From Antedon mediterranea (Eukaryota; Animalia; Echinodermata), in NCBI RefSeq assembly GCF_964355755.1, contig NC_092670.1, positions 32,600,388 through 32,664,387 on the forward strand: 64,000 bases of DNA, written 5' to 3'. The translations under genes were made by a program, and so were the position numbers. This document shows, one piece after another, positions 1 to 11,780 of the stretch; the first letter of the stretch is position 1; each line of letters starts with the position of its first letter. The notes under the pieces are model-generated. The model made no database searches and was not told the DNA's origin. It was given only the letters and a program-made list of their open reading frames with translations.

Positions 1-335
1 TCGCACATAAAATAAATAATAAATGGCACCTCTAGTTGTCTGAAAATGATACTCTTGCACATAAAATAAATAATAAAAGGCACCTCTAGTTGTCTGAAAA
101 TGATACTCTCGCACATAAAATAAATAATAAATGGCACCTCTATTTGACTGAAAATGATACTCTCGCACATAAAATAAATAATAAATGACACCTCTAGTTC
201 ACCGAAAATTATACTCGCACATAAAATAAATAATAAATGACACCTTTACTTGGCCAAGAATGATACTCTTGCAACAAAAAAATAGAATAATTAATAAATT
301 GCACCTCTAGGTGAATGGGAATTACACTCACATAA
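1..335. repeat. Minisatellite, ~53-bp unit (intronic)
   Basis: About 6 copies of CGCACATAAAATAAATAATAAATGGCACCTCTAGTTGTCTGAAAATGATACTCT. Confidence 0.9.
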
Positions 336-531
336 ATTCTTTATATTGTTTGAGTTAAACTCAATTAAAACTTTTTCTTTGTTATTATTCTATACTGATT
401 TAGGGATTTCTTCTTCTATTTTTCTCTGGAAATGTTTTGGTTTGAATTTAATTGATACAAATAATATTTGCACTATAGTAATTGAATTGTTAAATTTGTT
501 TACTAAGAGCTTTATACTTTATATCTTGTAG

Positions 532-621
532 AAACTACCTGCATTTTTCCATGAAGCAGAGGTGACTGAAATAAAGGAGGATTCTTCAAATGTGGTAGAT
601 GTAATCACTGATATTTACTCG
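532..621 (+). CDS. ITGB: Integrin beta exon (KLPAFFHEAEVTEIKEDSSNVVDVITDIYS)
   Basis: ttgtag acceptor, gtaaga donor; resembles the SSNV..LI..AY segment ending the beta I-like domain. Confidence 0.88.
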
Positions 622-3600
622 GTAAGAATTGATAAATATGTTTGTTTTCATCTTCAAAATAACTATAACTTGTAATGCACAGAGATCTGCAATGAATATA
701 GAACCAATATAAAAATGCTATTAATCATCACAATGGTGTCTTTAATTTTTGGTTGAAAATTATACCTAAAAATTTGATAAAATTACCCAAATATTCCCCT
801 TACCTGCTCAGAAAACAGATGTTTTAGGATTTTCAAAACCATGGATCAAATTGGTCATGAACAACTTTTTTCTGTTCATTCCTTGCAATTTTTCTATACT
901 CAATTTACCATTGTGTGTTAGAACCATCATATGTTATGTATGTTTTTGTTTAAATTTTTCAGTCGATCACCTCCAAAATTGAGATGGATGACAGCATCAC
1001 TGGCGAGTTGAAGGATCTGATCTCTTTGCAGTACACATCTATCTGTGTGGATGGCACCACAACTGCCAATAATAAAGAGTGTGCCAAGTTGGCTTTGGGA
1101 GATACTATCTCCTTCCTGCTTGATATTACAGTTAATAAGTCACTGTGTGATAAAGATGTAAAGTCGTAAGTATGACATCATCATTACAGTTAAACATCTT
1201 TGTATGGTCACCTTCCATTAACAGAAAATCATTAAAAAAAGTTTGTTCAAACCAGAATGCTGTTGGTACTTCTTGTAAGACTTTACTGTACAACCTTTGA
1301 AAGTTTTTGTAAGGTATTTTACCTCGGAATACAAAGCGGGAAAACAAAACTTTTGTGCTGATTACTAGCTGCAACATTATTTGGAACTGTCCAAACCTGT
1401 TTGATTCAATTACCGAAGTAATAATGTGAATTGCTTAGAAACTTTGAGCATTAAGGCCAATTTACCATGTGGGTTGTCCCATTTCCACAGTGCGCAGAAT
1501 TTTGGAGCGGTGTGGAAGAAAGTAGTTGCTTGTAGGCCTCAAGCACTGCTGGCCTGAACTAGACTAATAAATATGATTGACTGTCCTTTAAGCGATATAT
1601 AAGATTGACATATATTATTATGGTTATTAATATTATTATTAGTACATACATACATACATATGGGATCCGCCTCTTCTACGTTGTAGAACTGGAGTCGAAA
1701 GAAAGTGTGTTCGTTAAGAAATTTCTTCGATTGTGTAATGGCTTTGGCTTGCCTGATTTCCATACTTAAAATATGAGAGATTTTAATCCATGGATCACGA
1801 TAGTACCGTCTTGTTGGAACAGAAAACAGCATCCTTTTTGTAATTGATGTATTCGGTCCTCTACAGATATGACCCACATATTATTATTGGTATTAAATTA
1901 CAATGCCAATGACAGAGCCTCAAAGGGTGAATATAAAAAGTCACTGTGGCTTCAACTGTGTTGTTTTATTTGAAAATAAAAATTGATTGGTTATCTTTGA
2001 TTCAGGAGAAGTTTTAAAGTTGGTCCTTTATCATTTGTGGAGAAACTTGAAGTTCTTGTGGAGGCTATTTGTGACTGCGACTGTGAACAAATTAAGGTAG
2101 CTTACAATTTTACTAAATAGTTTTTACACCAACTTATATTTTTTGTTGGATTGAAGTACTGCAGTATGAATGGCGTTAATCATTTTTGTTATCTAATTTT
2201 GTATTTGCAGGAACTCGATTCACCTAAATGTACAAACGGAAATGGTACATTTGTGTGCGGCGGATGTGTGTGCAATGAAGGACGATCAGGAGCATATTGT
2301 GAATGTGATCAAGACGAGACCGAAGAGGGCATTATAGATCCACAATGTTTAATGTGAGTTTGCTCATTTTTGTCTGAAGCTTGTTTCCCACCAGAACCCA
2401 ACACAGCTACGTATTGATGCAAAGTGATGTATTGCGTAATCACAAGTGGGAAAAAATGAGCCGATATTGAAGAAATCAAATCAAATCAAAAATCACAAGT
2501 GGGAACCGACGACGCAACAGTGCTGCAAACATCGCTACGGCAATCAAATCAGTTTGATTTCACGCAATGACGGAAGGCAAAAGAACACTAGAAAACATAG
2601 TACAGTACATATACGTGGGGTGAACCAGATCAAAGTCTATGGTAACTGACGTTGATGCACATTAAGCAGGTTTGATTTCACGCAGGCAGGGCCAAACACA
2701 ATTATTGGATGACCATTTTCTTATGTTATGTAGGTTGTGTTGCGTTCTAGTGGGAAACATGCTTTATAACCAACCTACTGTACCATACATATACCTATTA
2801 ATATGTTGACCTCTGTGGCGCAGTGGTTAGAGCATTGGACTAGCAATCCAGAGGTTGTAGGTTCAAGCAAAATTCTTTATCCTCCTTGCTCCTCCTCACC
2901 CGGAGACAAAAACTTACAGAGGGAAGGTTTGTGAGGGAGGAGTTATGTACGACCCACAAACATAATGAGCTCTGAAACACTAAATGAAATGGACACCATG
3001 GCTGAATAGCAAATATGCTTCAGTTTCAACTTTTAGGAATTAATATGCGATCTTTTTTATATATTTTTTGTAGGGAAGTAGAAGATGAAGTTGTTTGTTC
3101 TGGCCAGGGTCAGTGTAAGTGTAGCGTGTGTTTATGCAGAGAGACAACTCCACCTGTAAGTACTACAAATATTTTGCTTATAAATTGTTTTTATTACCTT
3201 ATACAGATATTGACTGCTTAGAGGTGCATTATAACATTTAAGATCCCCTGAGGGAATTGTATTTTTCTCGTGAATGTGTATCGCATGTCATAAAAATTGT
3301 AGGGAAGACATGTCTCTTCCTCATTTCCAACCCCCATGATCTATGTCAGTGTTTGAGGTAATATACAGTATTAAGAACAAAGTCTGTGTTTCTTAGCCAG
3401 AGAGTTAAAAAACACACAGTTGTGTTTTCGAGTATGTAAACATAATTATAAACAGGGCATCAACTTGTTCATTTCCTTTTCACAGCGTATTATTTCTGGT
3501 GATTTTTGTGAGTGTGACACAAATGATTGTCTTGACGCTGGGTCCAATGAAATTTGTGCTGGTACGTACAACCGCTATAATAGAGTGACAGCTTTTCTCA

Positions 3601-6600
3601 TCAGTGACACTTTACATGAATGTTTATGTATGATTGGATTGTAATTGGTAGTGACCAAAGAAGAAGTGACCGAAGAAATAAAGACATTTAGTTGCTAATA
3701 TTATAGATCTGTGTACTTTTAATTGCGTTCTTCTGTAGCCATATATTTACGTTCAATCTAGGCAGGACAGACACTACATTAGGGAGCTTCCAATTTGTGA
3801 CGACCAAGGGCAGACGACGTGTCATTGGTTGTTTCCTGGACCTAGAAACCATCAAACCTGTGCTAAGATAGAGGAGACAGGACACGCGTCCCAATATCCT
3901 TCCATGTGCACAATGAACTAAAATGAACTTTGACTAGATAGTCGCAAATCAAAAGCTCCTTATTGTTACACTGTCATTGTAATTACTTAGATATTTTTAA
4001 TACTTAGTTGCCTCTTTTAGGAGCCGGACAATGCATTTGTCACCAAAACGACCGAAGTAGGTGTTTGTGTATGGATGGCTATACTGGCGAATTTTGCACA
4101 TGCAGTTCATCAAATTTTAGTTGCATTGCACGGAATGGTGTAAGTGCTGAAAAATAATCATTATACACTGTTGTTAATGTATTTAATATCTTTTTTTAAC
4201 CATTATTTTTATATACTATGTACATATAAATATATATTATAAAAGTAATTATTTCCAAACAAAATGAACAATTAAATTAACACCTCACCTCAACACATTG
4301 TTAAAGATTCTCGGCTACCGATCCTGAAATCATTCACTCCCAAAAACTTGTAATACGACTTTGTTTGTGTAGAGCATCATGCCCCTTTATTATTTATTCT
4401 TTATGCTGGGTAGCCTCTTAAGTCAAAACCTGTTCTCCCAGTGTATAGAACTATGTGTTTGTGGGAGTGGCTTTATGTTAACTAGTACACCAGGGTAAAC
4501 CCATCTCGTCTCGAAAGATGTTCTAGGTTCTTTAAAGTGCACATGAACCAGATGTGTACACTGGACCTATGGTTTATAGTCCTTATTCGAGAAGACTCAT
4601 TCTACCACCAGAACCATGGAGCAAGTGAGCCCCGAACCATAGCCGATGATATGGCTATTGCAGTTCCACTGTTTTGACCGCTCGGCCACTCACTTACTTT
4701 ACAGAAGAACAATGAATGAACTTGGCAATTTGCCTAAATGGAGAATACTAAAAATAATAATATATATTTATGTTTTATAAATTTTTCTTGTCAGCTTGTT
4801 TGTGGCGGTAGAGGGTATTGTGAATGTAATCAATGTAAATGTGATGAAGGCTATGACGGACAAGCATGTGAATGCAAAAATGGAGTAAGTTAACAAGGGA
4901 ATCAATTCAATCAATTTTCCATTATGAATATAAAACATATATACAAAATGTAAATAATACCAACAGTCTAAACACAATATATCACAAAGTATTTAACCAA
5001 TCAAACGCGATGGATTATTCAAACCATCTCTTTTCATTGGTCAACTCCTTTGCATTGCGTATAGATCCGTTTGATGTGTCTGGTGGGAACCACACTTAAG
5101 GTCTTCCACTGAGTAAATTGATTGGTAATGAAATTGTCAGTGTGCTTTAGAAACAAATTTTATACCTTTCATGTTTTTCTTTTACAGGAATGTGAATCTG
5201 AATGTGACGCGAATAAGCCTTGTGTAAAATGCCACTTTAAGGAAGGAGAATTATATGAAAATGGTCTATGTGAAGAGACTTGTTTGACGGAACCAATAAT
5301 TGTAGATGACTTGGAGGATAGTAAGTTATGATTCATTAAGAAAATCTTTGTTTAAAAAATGAACTTGTGGAGGCTTTTATAATAGACAAGATAATAATAA
5401 TATTGTTGAGAATATAATGTGAAAGGACTGTCAGATGGACAATGATTATTGCAGAGCAGTTCAAGATAAATTTAGTTATTAAGAAAATCTATGTATAGAA
5501 ACTTACTATATGGTCATTGCAGAGGAGTTTAAGATGGTAAGTGTTGAGAATATAATGTGGAAGGACTGTCAGATGGACAATGATCATTGCAGAGCAGTTC
5601 AAGATAAGTGTAATTACTAAGAAAATCTATGTAGAGTGACTTGTCATATGATCATTGCAGAGGAGTTTCAGTTGGTAAGTGTTGTGTGGAAGGACTGTCA
5701 GATGGACAATGATCATTGCAAAGCAGTTCAAGATAAGTGTAATTACTAAGAAAATCTATGTAGAGAGACTTGTCATATGATCATTGCAGAGGAGTTGAAG
5801 TTATAAAGTTTAGTCATGAGAACAATTTCAGAGGCTGTCAAAGATTTGAACCCAGAATGTTGAGATTGGTATAGTAGAACAATCACATTTGTTTTATCTA
5901 CCCTTCACTAAAACGATTTCTTTCCGTTTTGTTTTTTTTTCAGTTGGAACTGCCCAAAAATGCAAGTACAAGGATGAGAATCAGTGTGTTGTGTCATTTA
6001 CGCAAGAGATTCTACCAAATGAAAAGTTGGAGCTTACCATCAAGAGAGATCCAGGTAAGTTGAAATGAAAAACTGCAACACTATGAAGACACATTTGCAA
6101 ACTTCCCTTTTTTCCACCACATTTGACTAGATGGAATTAATTTGATGTAAATCACCAGTAAATACAATTGAGCACAATACTGAGCACTATAAGTAAATGT
6201 CATGAGTGATATCACTTTTTAATTGGTGATCTCATACAGTTAATAAATAACAATTTGTATATGCAATATACCGTATATTGGTTAATGTCACCTTGTAACC
6301 ATCTGTGATGGGTGATGTCCATCTGTGATGGGTGATGTCCATCTGGGATGGGTGATGTCCATCTGTGATGGGTGATATCCATCTGAGATGGGTGATGTCC
6401 ATCTACGATGGGAGATGTGCATCTGCGATTGGTGATGTCCATCTGTGATGGGTGATGTACATCTGTGATGGGTGATGTTCATCTATGATTGGTGATTTCC
6501 ATCTATGATTGGTGATGTCCATCTGTGACGGGTGATGTCCATCTGTGACGGGTGATGTCCATCTGTGATGGGTGATGTCCATCTGTGACGGGTGATTTCC

Positions 6601-9350
6601 ATCTGTGATAGGTGATGTCCATCTGTGATAGGTGATGTCCATCTATGATGGGTAATGTCCATCTATGATTGGTGATTTCCATCTGTCACAGGTGATGTCC
6701 ATCTGTGATAGGTGATGTCCATCTATGATGGGTGATGTTCATCTGTGATGGGTGATTTCCATCTGTGATGGATCATGTCCATCTGTGATTGGTGATGTCC
6801 ATCTGTGATGGGTCATGTCCATCTGTGATGTGTGATGTCCATCTATGATGGGTGATGTACATCTGTGATGGGTGATGTTCATCTATGTTGGGTGATGTAC
6901 ATCTGTGATGGGTCATGTCCATCTGTGATTGGTAATTTCCATCTGTGACGGGTGATGTCCATCTGTGAATTGAACATTCATTGATGATATTACTTTTCAG
7001 AATAGAATGGTTGATTCATTAACATGCATTTTGAATGAATTCTATGTGTAGATGATACACTTTTGAACCCTTCAAAAAGATGTACTAGGATAATTTTCTT
7101 TACACTTGGACTACGGTTGATATCTAGACTTGTTCTACCACCAGATCCATTGAGCGAGTGAGTCTTGAACACATGTCAGTGTTATGGTTGTGGATTACAG
7201 TTCCACTTTCTTAACTGCCCGGCTATTCATTAAAATTAGAAAAGATAAAAAGTTAATTTTAAATTAAAGGATGACTGGTCTTTTTTTTTCAGATTGTTAT
7301 GGTGGTCCTGGAGTTCTATGGATTATTATTGGGATTATCATTGGAATCATCCTGGTAGGATTAGCCCTTCTGTTAATCTGGAGATTACTCACATTTATCC
7401 ATGACAGAAGAGAGTTTGAGCAATTTGAGAAAGAGCGACAAGATGCCAAATGGGAAGGGGTGAGTTTACATATTCAAACTGACTTGACTTTGACGATTGT
7501 GCTTACAATTGAATATCAAACTGCATATTTTTATGGAATTTGTTTATATTCTAGAGGTGGGCTTATTTTCTAGAGGTTGGATTATATTCTAGAGGTGGGC
7601 TTATATTCTAGAGGTGGGCTTATATTTTAGAGGTGGGCTTATATTCTGAGTATGTATATATACTCAATTTCAGATTTGTTTACAGAACAAATCTAAGATA
7701 TTTATAATCTAAATCTATAAAACAGCTTTATGTTTTTGACAAAATGATTTTATTTATTTTCAAAAGATTTGATATTATACATACATTATTACATCCATGT
7801 TGTTATGTTTTTCGTGTATTGATTCAATTGAATAGATGCTTGGCTACCAAACAGCTGTTCCTCATGAAACATGAAATTATTCATTAAAAAAAATCATTTC
7901 AGAATATAATGTTTACTGTATTCATTAATTATTCCATCAGATTGTTTCTCAGTCATTGCTCATCTTTTGTGCAGTAAATAAATCCATTTTGTATCAAAAA
8001 ATTCAAATACATGATCATAAATACAGGATTTCAAATCTGTAAATCATTCTAAGTCATTTTTATGTCTCTTTGTAATATTTGCTACATAATTATTTAAAAA
8101 AAAACCCAAGCAAATATTTTTTTAATAGATGTAATTCTGACTGAGTTTGGAATATTTCGCTTAAGTCAATTATATTTGAGGATTTTCCATAAGTGGTCTT
8201 TAAAAACACTAATAGTAATACCCTCTTATCTAAGTTAATGTTAGGCAGTTCCAAGTTGGCCCCCCTCACTTTTCTATGAAGCAAAAAAATAGGATGTTAG
8301 GTTAAGTTCAGAATTAAATTTAACAAAATTTCAAAAACCTGGATCCACCACTGTAAATACCATTTAAGGGAAGTTCATAAATATTTATTGACTTTACAGT
8401 AAGGGAAATATCCCATGCAAGTATGATTTTAGAATCATGATAATGTTTAACTGGTAAACACAGCCATTAGGTCTTGACATATGTTTTTTTATAAATTGTT
8501 GTGAATGCTTCCATAAACATATTTATTCATTGCTTGCTTGATCAATGCTTTAGGGACATAACCCGCTTTACAAGCCCTCTACATCAACATTCAAGAACCC
8601 CACCTACTCTGCCAAGCAAAATAGCTGATTTTGCTTAATTGCTTCTCATGTTATACTCTTCAAAAGGTAGGTGCATTCATATTTGTAATACTACAGTGCT
8701 CCTGACTTAAGCTCTGTCTAGACTATCAAACTTTATATGAAAAAAAAAAATGTGATGTGTTAACATATGGACTGGATGATGTCATATCACTACCATATCA
8801 TGGGCATATATTATACCATAATATTTAGGCACATCACACTTTTTTGTCAACCTAGTTTGATAGTGTAGACAGAGCTTTATATTTGAGCATCACTTTTGTT
8901 TTCATTGGATCAGAAAGAAATATCAAAAACAACTTGTCAAGAAATTGCAATACAGTACAACAATTTAACATTTTTTTTTTTCGTGTTAAAAATGTGCTAA
9001 ATATGTTATTTTTTAAAACATTGAGTTTGATATTAGTCATTTTCAAGCCTGAAATAGCTGTTTGTCCATTGGTATTTATTATGATAACTCTTTCATTCCT
9101 TTATGCCTGTATTGTTATTTTAACTTCTGCACAACACTCAATCATAATTTCAGCTATACATACTCAGTAGCCTACATGTTGCCTGGTTAAGTTTGTCCTT
9201 GGCAATATGCCTGAATAAAATAATAATAAAAATTGTTTCTTTTAAATATTTCAGGGGTCAAATCCGATATTTAAACCCACAACTACCACTACTATGAACC
9301 CAATGTTTGGCACCACTGAAGAAGAAAGCCCACTGAAATTCAGCAGATAA
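532..9350 (+). CDS. ITGB: Integrin beta subunit (beta1/betaPS-like), 5'-partial multi-exon gene with two alternative last coding exons
   Basis: GT-AG exons 532-621, 963-1165, 2006-2096, 2211-2353, 3074-3155, 3486-3561, 4021-4139, 4795-4884, 5188-5320, 5944-6054, 7293-7459 (1305 nt, phases compatible), then 8554-8628 or 9255-9350. Encodes end of I-like/hybrid domain (DSSNVVDVI), CDCDC, Cys-rich I-EGF repeats, beta-tail, TM helix and LLIWRLLTFIHDRREFEQFEKE, the integrin-beta juxtamembrane signature. Confidence 0.96.
963..1165 (+). CDS. ITGB: Integrin beta exon (hybrid domain)
   Basis: ttttcag/gtaagt; SITSKIEM...ECAKLALGDTISFLLDITV. Confidence 0.92.
2006..2096 (+). CDS. ITGB: Integrin beta exon (hybrid end, CDCDC)
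   Basis: ttcag/gtagct; RSFKVGPLSFVEKLEVLVEAICDCDCEQIK. Confidence 0.92.
2211..2353 (+). CDS. ITGB: Integrin beta exon (I-EGF1)
   Basis: ttgcag/gtgagt; SPKCTNGNGTFVCGGCVCNEGRSGAYCEC. Confidence 0.95.
2810..3015 (+). mobile_element. tRNA-derived SINE (degenerate)
   Basis: A-box TGGCGCAGTGG and B-box GGTTCAAG head followed by a non-tRNA tail. Confidence 0.6.
3074..3155 (+). CDS. ITGB: Integrin beta exon (I-EGF2 part)
   Basis: tttgtag/gtaagt; VCSGQGQCKCSVCLC. Confidence 0.93.
3486..3561 (+). CDS. ITGB: Integrin beta exon (I-EGF2/3)
   Basis: tcacag/gtacgt; RIISGDFCECDTNDC. Confidence 0.93.
4021..4139 (+). CDS. ITGB: Integrin beta exon (I-EGF3)
   Basis: ttttag/gtaagt; GQCIC...CLCMDGYTGEFCTC...CIARNG. 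Confidence 0.93.
4388..4695 (-). mobile_element. tRNA-derived SINE with Deu-like central domain
   Basis: Homologous to the copies at 54057-54380 and 26308-26659. Confidence 0.75.
4795..4884 (+). CDS. ITGB: Integrin beta exon (I-EGF4)
   Basis: tgtcag/gtaagt; LVCGGRGYCECNQCKCDEGYDGQACEC. Confidence 0.94.
5188..5320 (+). CDS. ITGB: Integrin beta exon (beta-tail domain)
   Basis: ttacag/gtaagt; ECDANKPCVKCHFKEGE...CEETC. Confidence 0.93.
5402..5812. repeat. Tandem repeat, ~130-140-bp unit x3
   Basis: Repeated GGAAGGACTGTCAGATGGACAATGATCATTGCAGAGCAGTTCAAGATAAG. Confidence 0.85.
5944..6054 (+). CDS. ITGB: Integrin beta exon (beta-tail domain)
   Basis: ttttcag/gtaagt; CKYKDENQCVVSF. Confidence 0.92.
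6299..6968. repeat. Minisatellite, 20-bp unit (ATCTGTGATGGGTGATGTCC), ~33 copies
   Basis: Stays in exact register with the 10-bp sequence blocks; source of spurious H/P/S-rich ORFs. Confidence 0.97.
7293..7459 (+). CDS. ITGB: Integrin beta exon (transmembrane + membrane-proximal tail)
   Basis: ttttcag/gtgagt; WIIIGIIIGIILVGLALLLIWRLLTFIHDRREFEQFEKERQDAKWEG, ends in phase 0. Confidence 0.97.
7545..7650. repeat. Minisatellite, 19-bp unit x5
   Basis: TTATATTCTAGAGGTGGGC repeats. Confidence 0.9.
8554..8628 (+). CDS. ITGB: Integrin beta alternative last coding exon A (NPxY tail): GHNPLYKPSTSTFKNPTYSAKQNS*
   Basis: gctttag acceptor in phase 0; two NPxY motifs with canonical spacing; TGA at 8626-8628. 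Confidence 0.92.
   Translation, partial: GHNPLYKPSTSTFKNPTYSAKQNS
8710..8876. mobile_element. Palindromic MITE, PIF/Harbinger (Tourist)-like
   Basis: TIR AGCTCTGTCTA(C/G)ACTATCAAACT, TTA on both flanks; related copies near 28779-28925, 29090-29175, 30749-30900, 36167-36235. Confidence 0.8.
9255..9350 (+). CDS. ITGB: Integrin beta alternative last coding exon B (NPxF tail): GSNPIFKPTTTTTMNPMFGTTEEESPLKFSR*
   Basis: atttcag acceptor in phase 0; two NPxF motifs with the same spacing as exon A; TAA at 9348-9350; AATAAA candidates downstream near 11430 and 11583. Confidence 0.88.
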   Translation, partial: GSNPIFKPTTTTTMNPMFGTTEEESPLKFSR

Positions 9351-11780
9351 TCCATTACGGAAAAGGTTTCATCTAAAAGTCACACCTGCAGTCATTTCTA
9401 ATTCACCCAGTCTGAGCGAATTCCAAAATGATTTGTAGATGACGCCTAAGTTGTAAACAAGACCAAAGAATATAGTTAAAGATGCTTTAGTAGTATATAA
9501 GATTGGTAGATTGTATTTTATGCAGTGAATTTAAAAAGAATATTTAAGGGTTATGTAGTAATCTCATCTTTAGAAATTACAAAAGTGAAGTAAAGTATAA
9601 TAGGAACCACTATTAGCACATTGGAAATGCTTTTGAACAAACTAGACTTTTGGTCCAGCCCAATTTGTCCTGTTTAGTTGACCGTAGTGACCATTAGGCG
9701 CAGTTCAATTTTAAAGTATTATAAAGTGATATTTATATATGAATTTTTCACGATAAATGTTAATTTAGTAGTAGAATGGCAACAGTCATAAAGAATAGGA
9801 CAAAATATAATGTATTAGACCAGAATACTAACTAACTAGTGCAATTGAAGTTTGAGCCGACAACTCAAGACTCGCTATAATATGGTTATTATGAGGCTGC
9901 ATACGTTATGCCAGCGACTTTTGTACAGGCTTAAAGAGGCTCTCTGGTTTTAGATGGAAAGCTGTTGATTCTGTGACATTCTGGACCTTGGATGACCAGC
10001 GAGCTCACATGACATTGAGGTTAGACCTATGCAATGCCTAAACACCTGATTGAGTGACATGCATTTGAGATTTAATGCTAGCTCTTCCTAGGTATGATAG
10101 CTAAACGATCTGGGTTATTGAATCTCAATTCATCCAATGATTTGCATCATCACATCATGTATTTTGCATCAATTTGGTACACAAAGAAAATGCTTCTCAG
10201 ACTTTTACAAATTTACATAAAAATACACAATTTGTATACAATTAGCTCTATGTAGGCCTATACAATTTTACAGGTTTAACATGACATGTATGGTAATCCT
10301 ATTCTTTATTTACAAAAACAACAAACAAACAACTACAAAGTAGCAGGAAACACAAAAGGGAACTAAATTCCTATGACAAGAGCCAGTGTTACCCTCTCTT
10401 AGCCCAGTAGCATTTAATATTTCAATAAAATAGCCTATATCAAAAAATGTCGACAACAATTTAAATTTTGATTACAAAAAGCACATGTTCTATACTGAAT
10501 GTTTAGATTCTCCTTCAGATTTTCTATCCAATGATATTATTTTCAATAAATAAGAAAAATATCAATGTTGGAAATATTAAAAATTCTGTAGTCTCTATTT
10601 CGCGAACCGATAGTCCATAGAGATATTATAATATCTCTATGGATAGTCTGACTAAGGTAAAATTTAAAATTCTGATGTTTTAGCTTTGGGGCACGATGTG
10701 TGACAAATTTGAGACAAACCCATGATGTGATGATGTAGAATGCGATGGCATTACCCATCTGTCTTCCATACGTACCACATTTTAATGTTTCCAATATTAC
10801 TAATCAGTAGATTGTCCAGTAATTGTATTTGCTATGCTAATGTTATGTTTAACAAACAGTATTCTTTATTTATTGCTTATGCATTTGTTATCTAAATTAA
10901 TGTAATTATCACTGTATGTTCATTTATTACAATGAGTGTTAATGAATAGTACAGTTGTTTGATTTTAATTAGTAAATCTGTACAGTATTCGGCGATGCAT
11001 TATCCGGTATGAATATCCAAAGTAATACATACAATCAGTCGAGCAGAACCATGGTCTACAAATATTGCACACACATTTGGGTTCAATATATCATCACATG
11101 TGACATTGTTAATAGGTAAAGGTATCACATATGATACACGATGATCTGTAGGTCTATAATAATAATATTCTAAACATGCGCATTTATAATTTTGTACATT
11201 TGATAAACGTTACTAACTGTAGTAACCCAATACACAATATATATAAACCTGATTATAGATGTTAATGTTTAGTTTATTTAGACACGTTGTCAATAGAAAT
11301 CGTTCAGATATGGATAGCTAGAATTAATATTATTATTGTCACCTTGTTAAATTATTAATCATGTTTATAATCTCGTAGATTTATAAGAGTATTTTGTTAT
11401 ACGTACTTATACTGTTGAACTGGTAACCAAATAAACATTTTGTACATAGTTGGTTTTGTAGGTGCTAGCGAATTTTATATGCATGTGTGTTGATAATATG
11501 TGTTGCAATTTTTTTAAATATAAACGTCATACTAGATTCCGTATTATTAGCTAAGACATCATAGTTTTTGTATAACAAAATGAATAAAATATCTGTGAAT
11601 CTCTTCTAAAGTTATCCATATTTCATATTAATAATAATATCCGGGGGTAGTCCCAATTGATTAATAATATTAACGATTAGATCATAATCATCATTTTTCG
11701 TTCGCTTTTGTCGCCATTTGGTTTTATCGTAATTTGAAAAATAAAGAAATAATACGTTGCGTCCATGTATGTGTTTTACT

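Noticed and set aside
1-335. CRISPR-like periodicity here and at 12899-13150 and 21160-21782
   Set aside because: Units repeat in full with no unique spacers; eukaryotic context and no cas genes.
6212-6642. His/Pro-rich repetitive ORFs (MDITHHRWTSPI...)
   Set aside because: Translations of the 20-bp minisatellite in several frames; intronic and antisense to the integrin.
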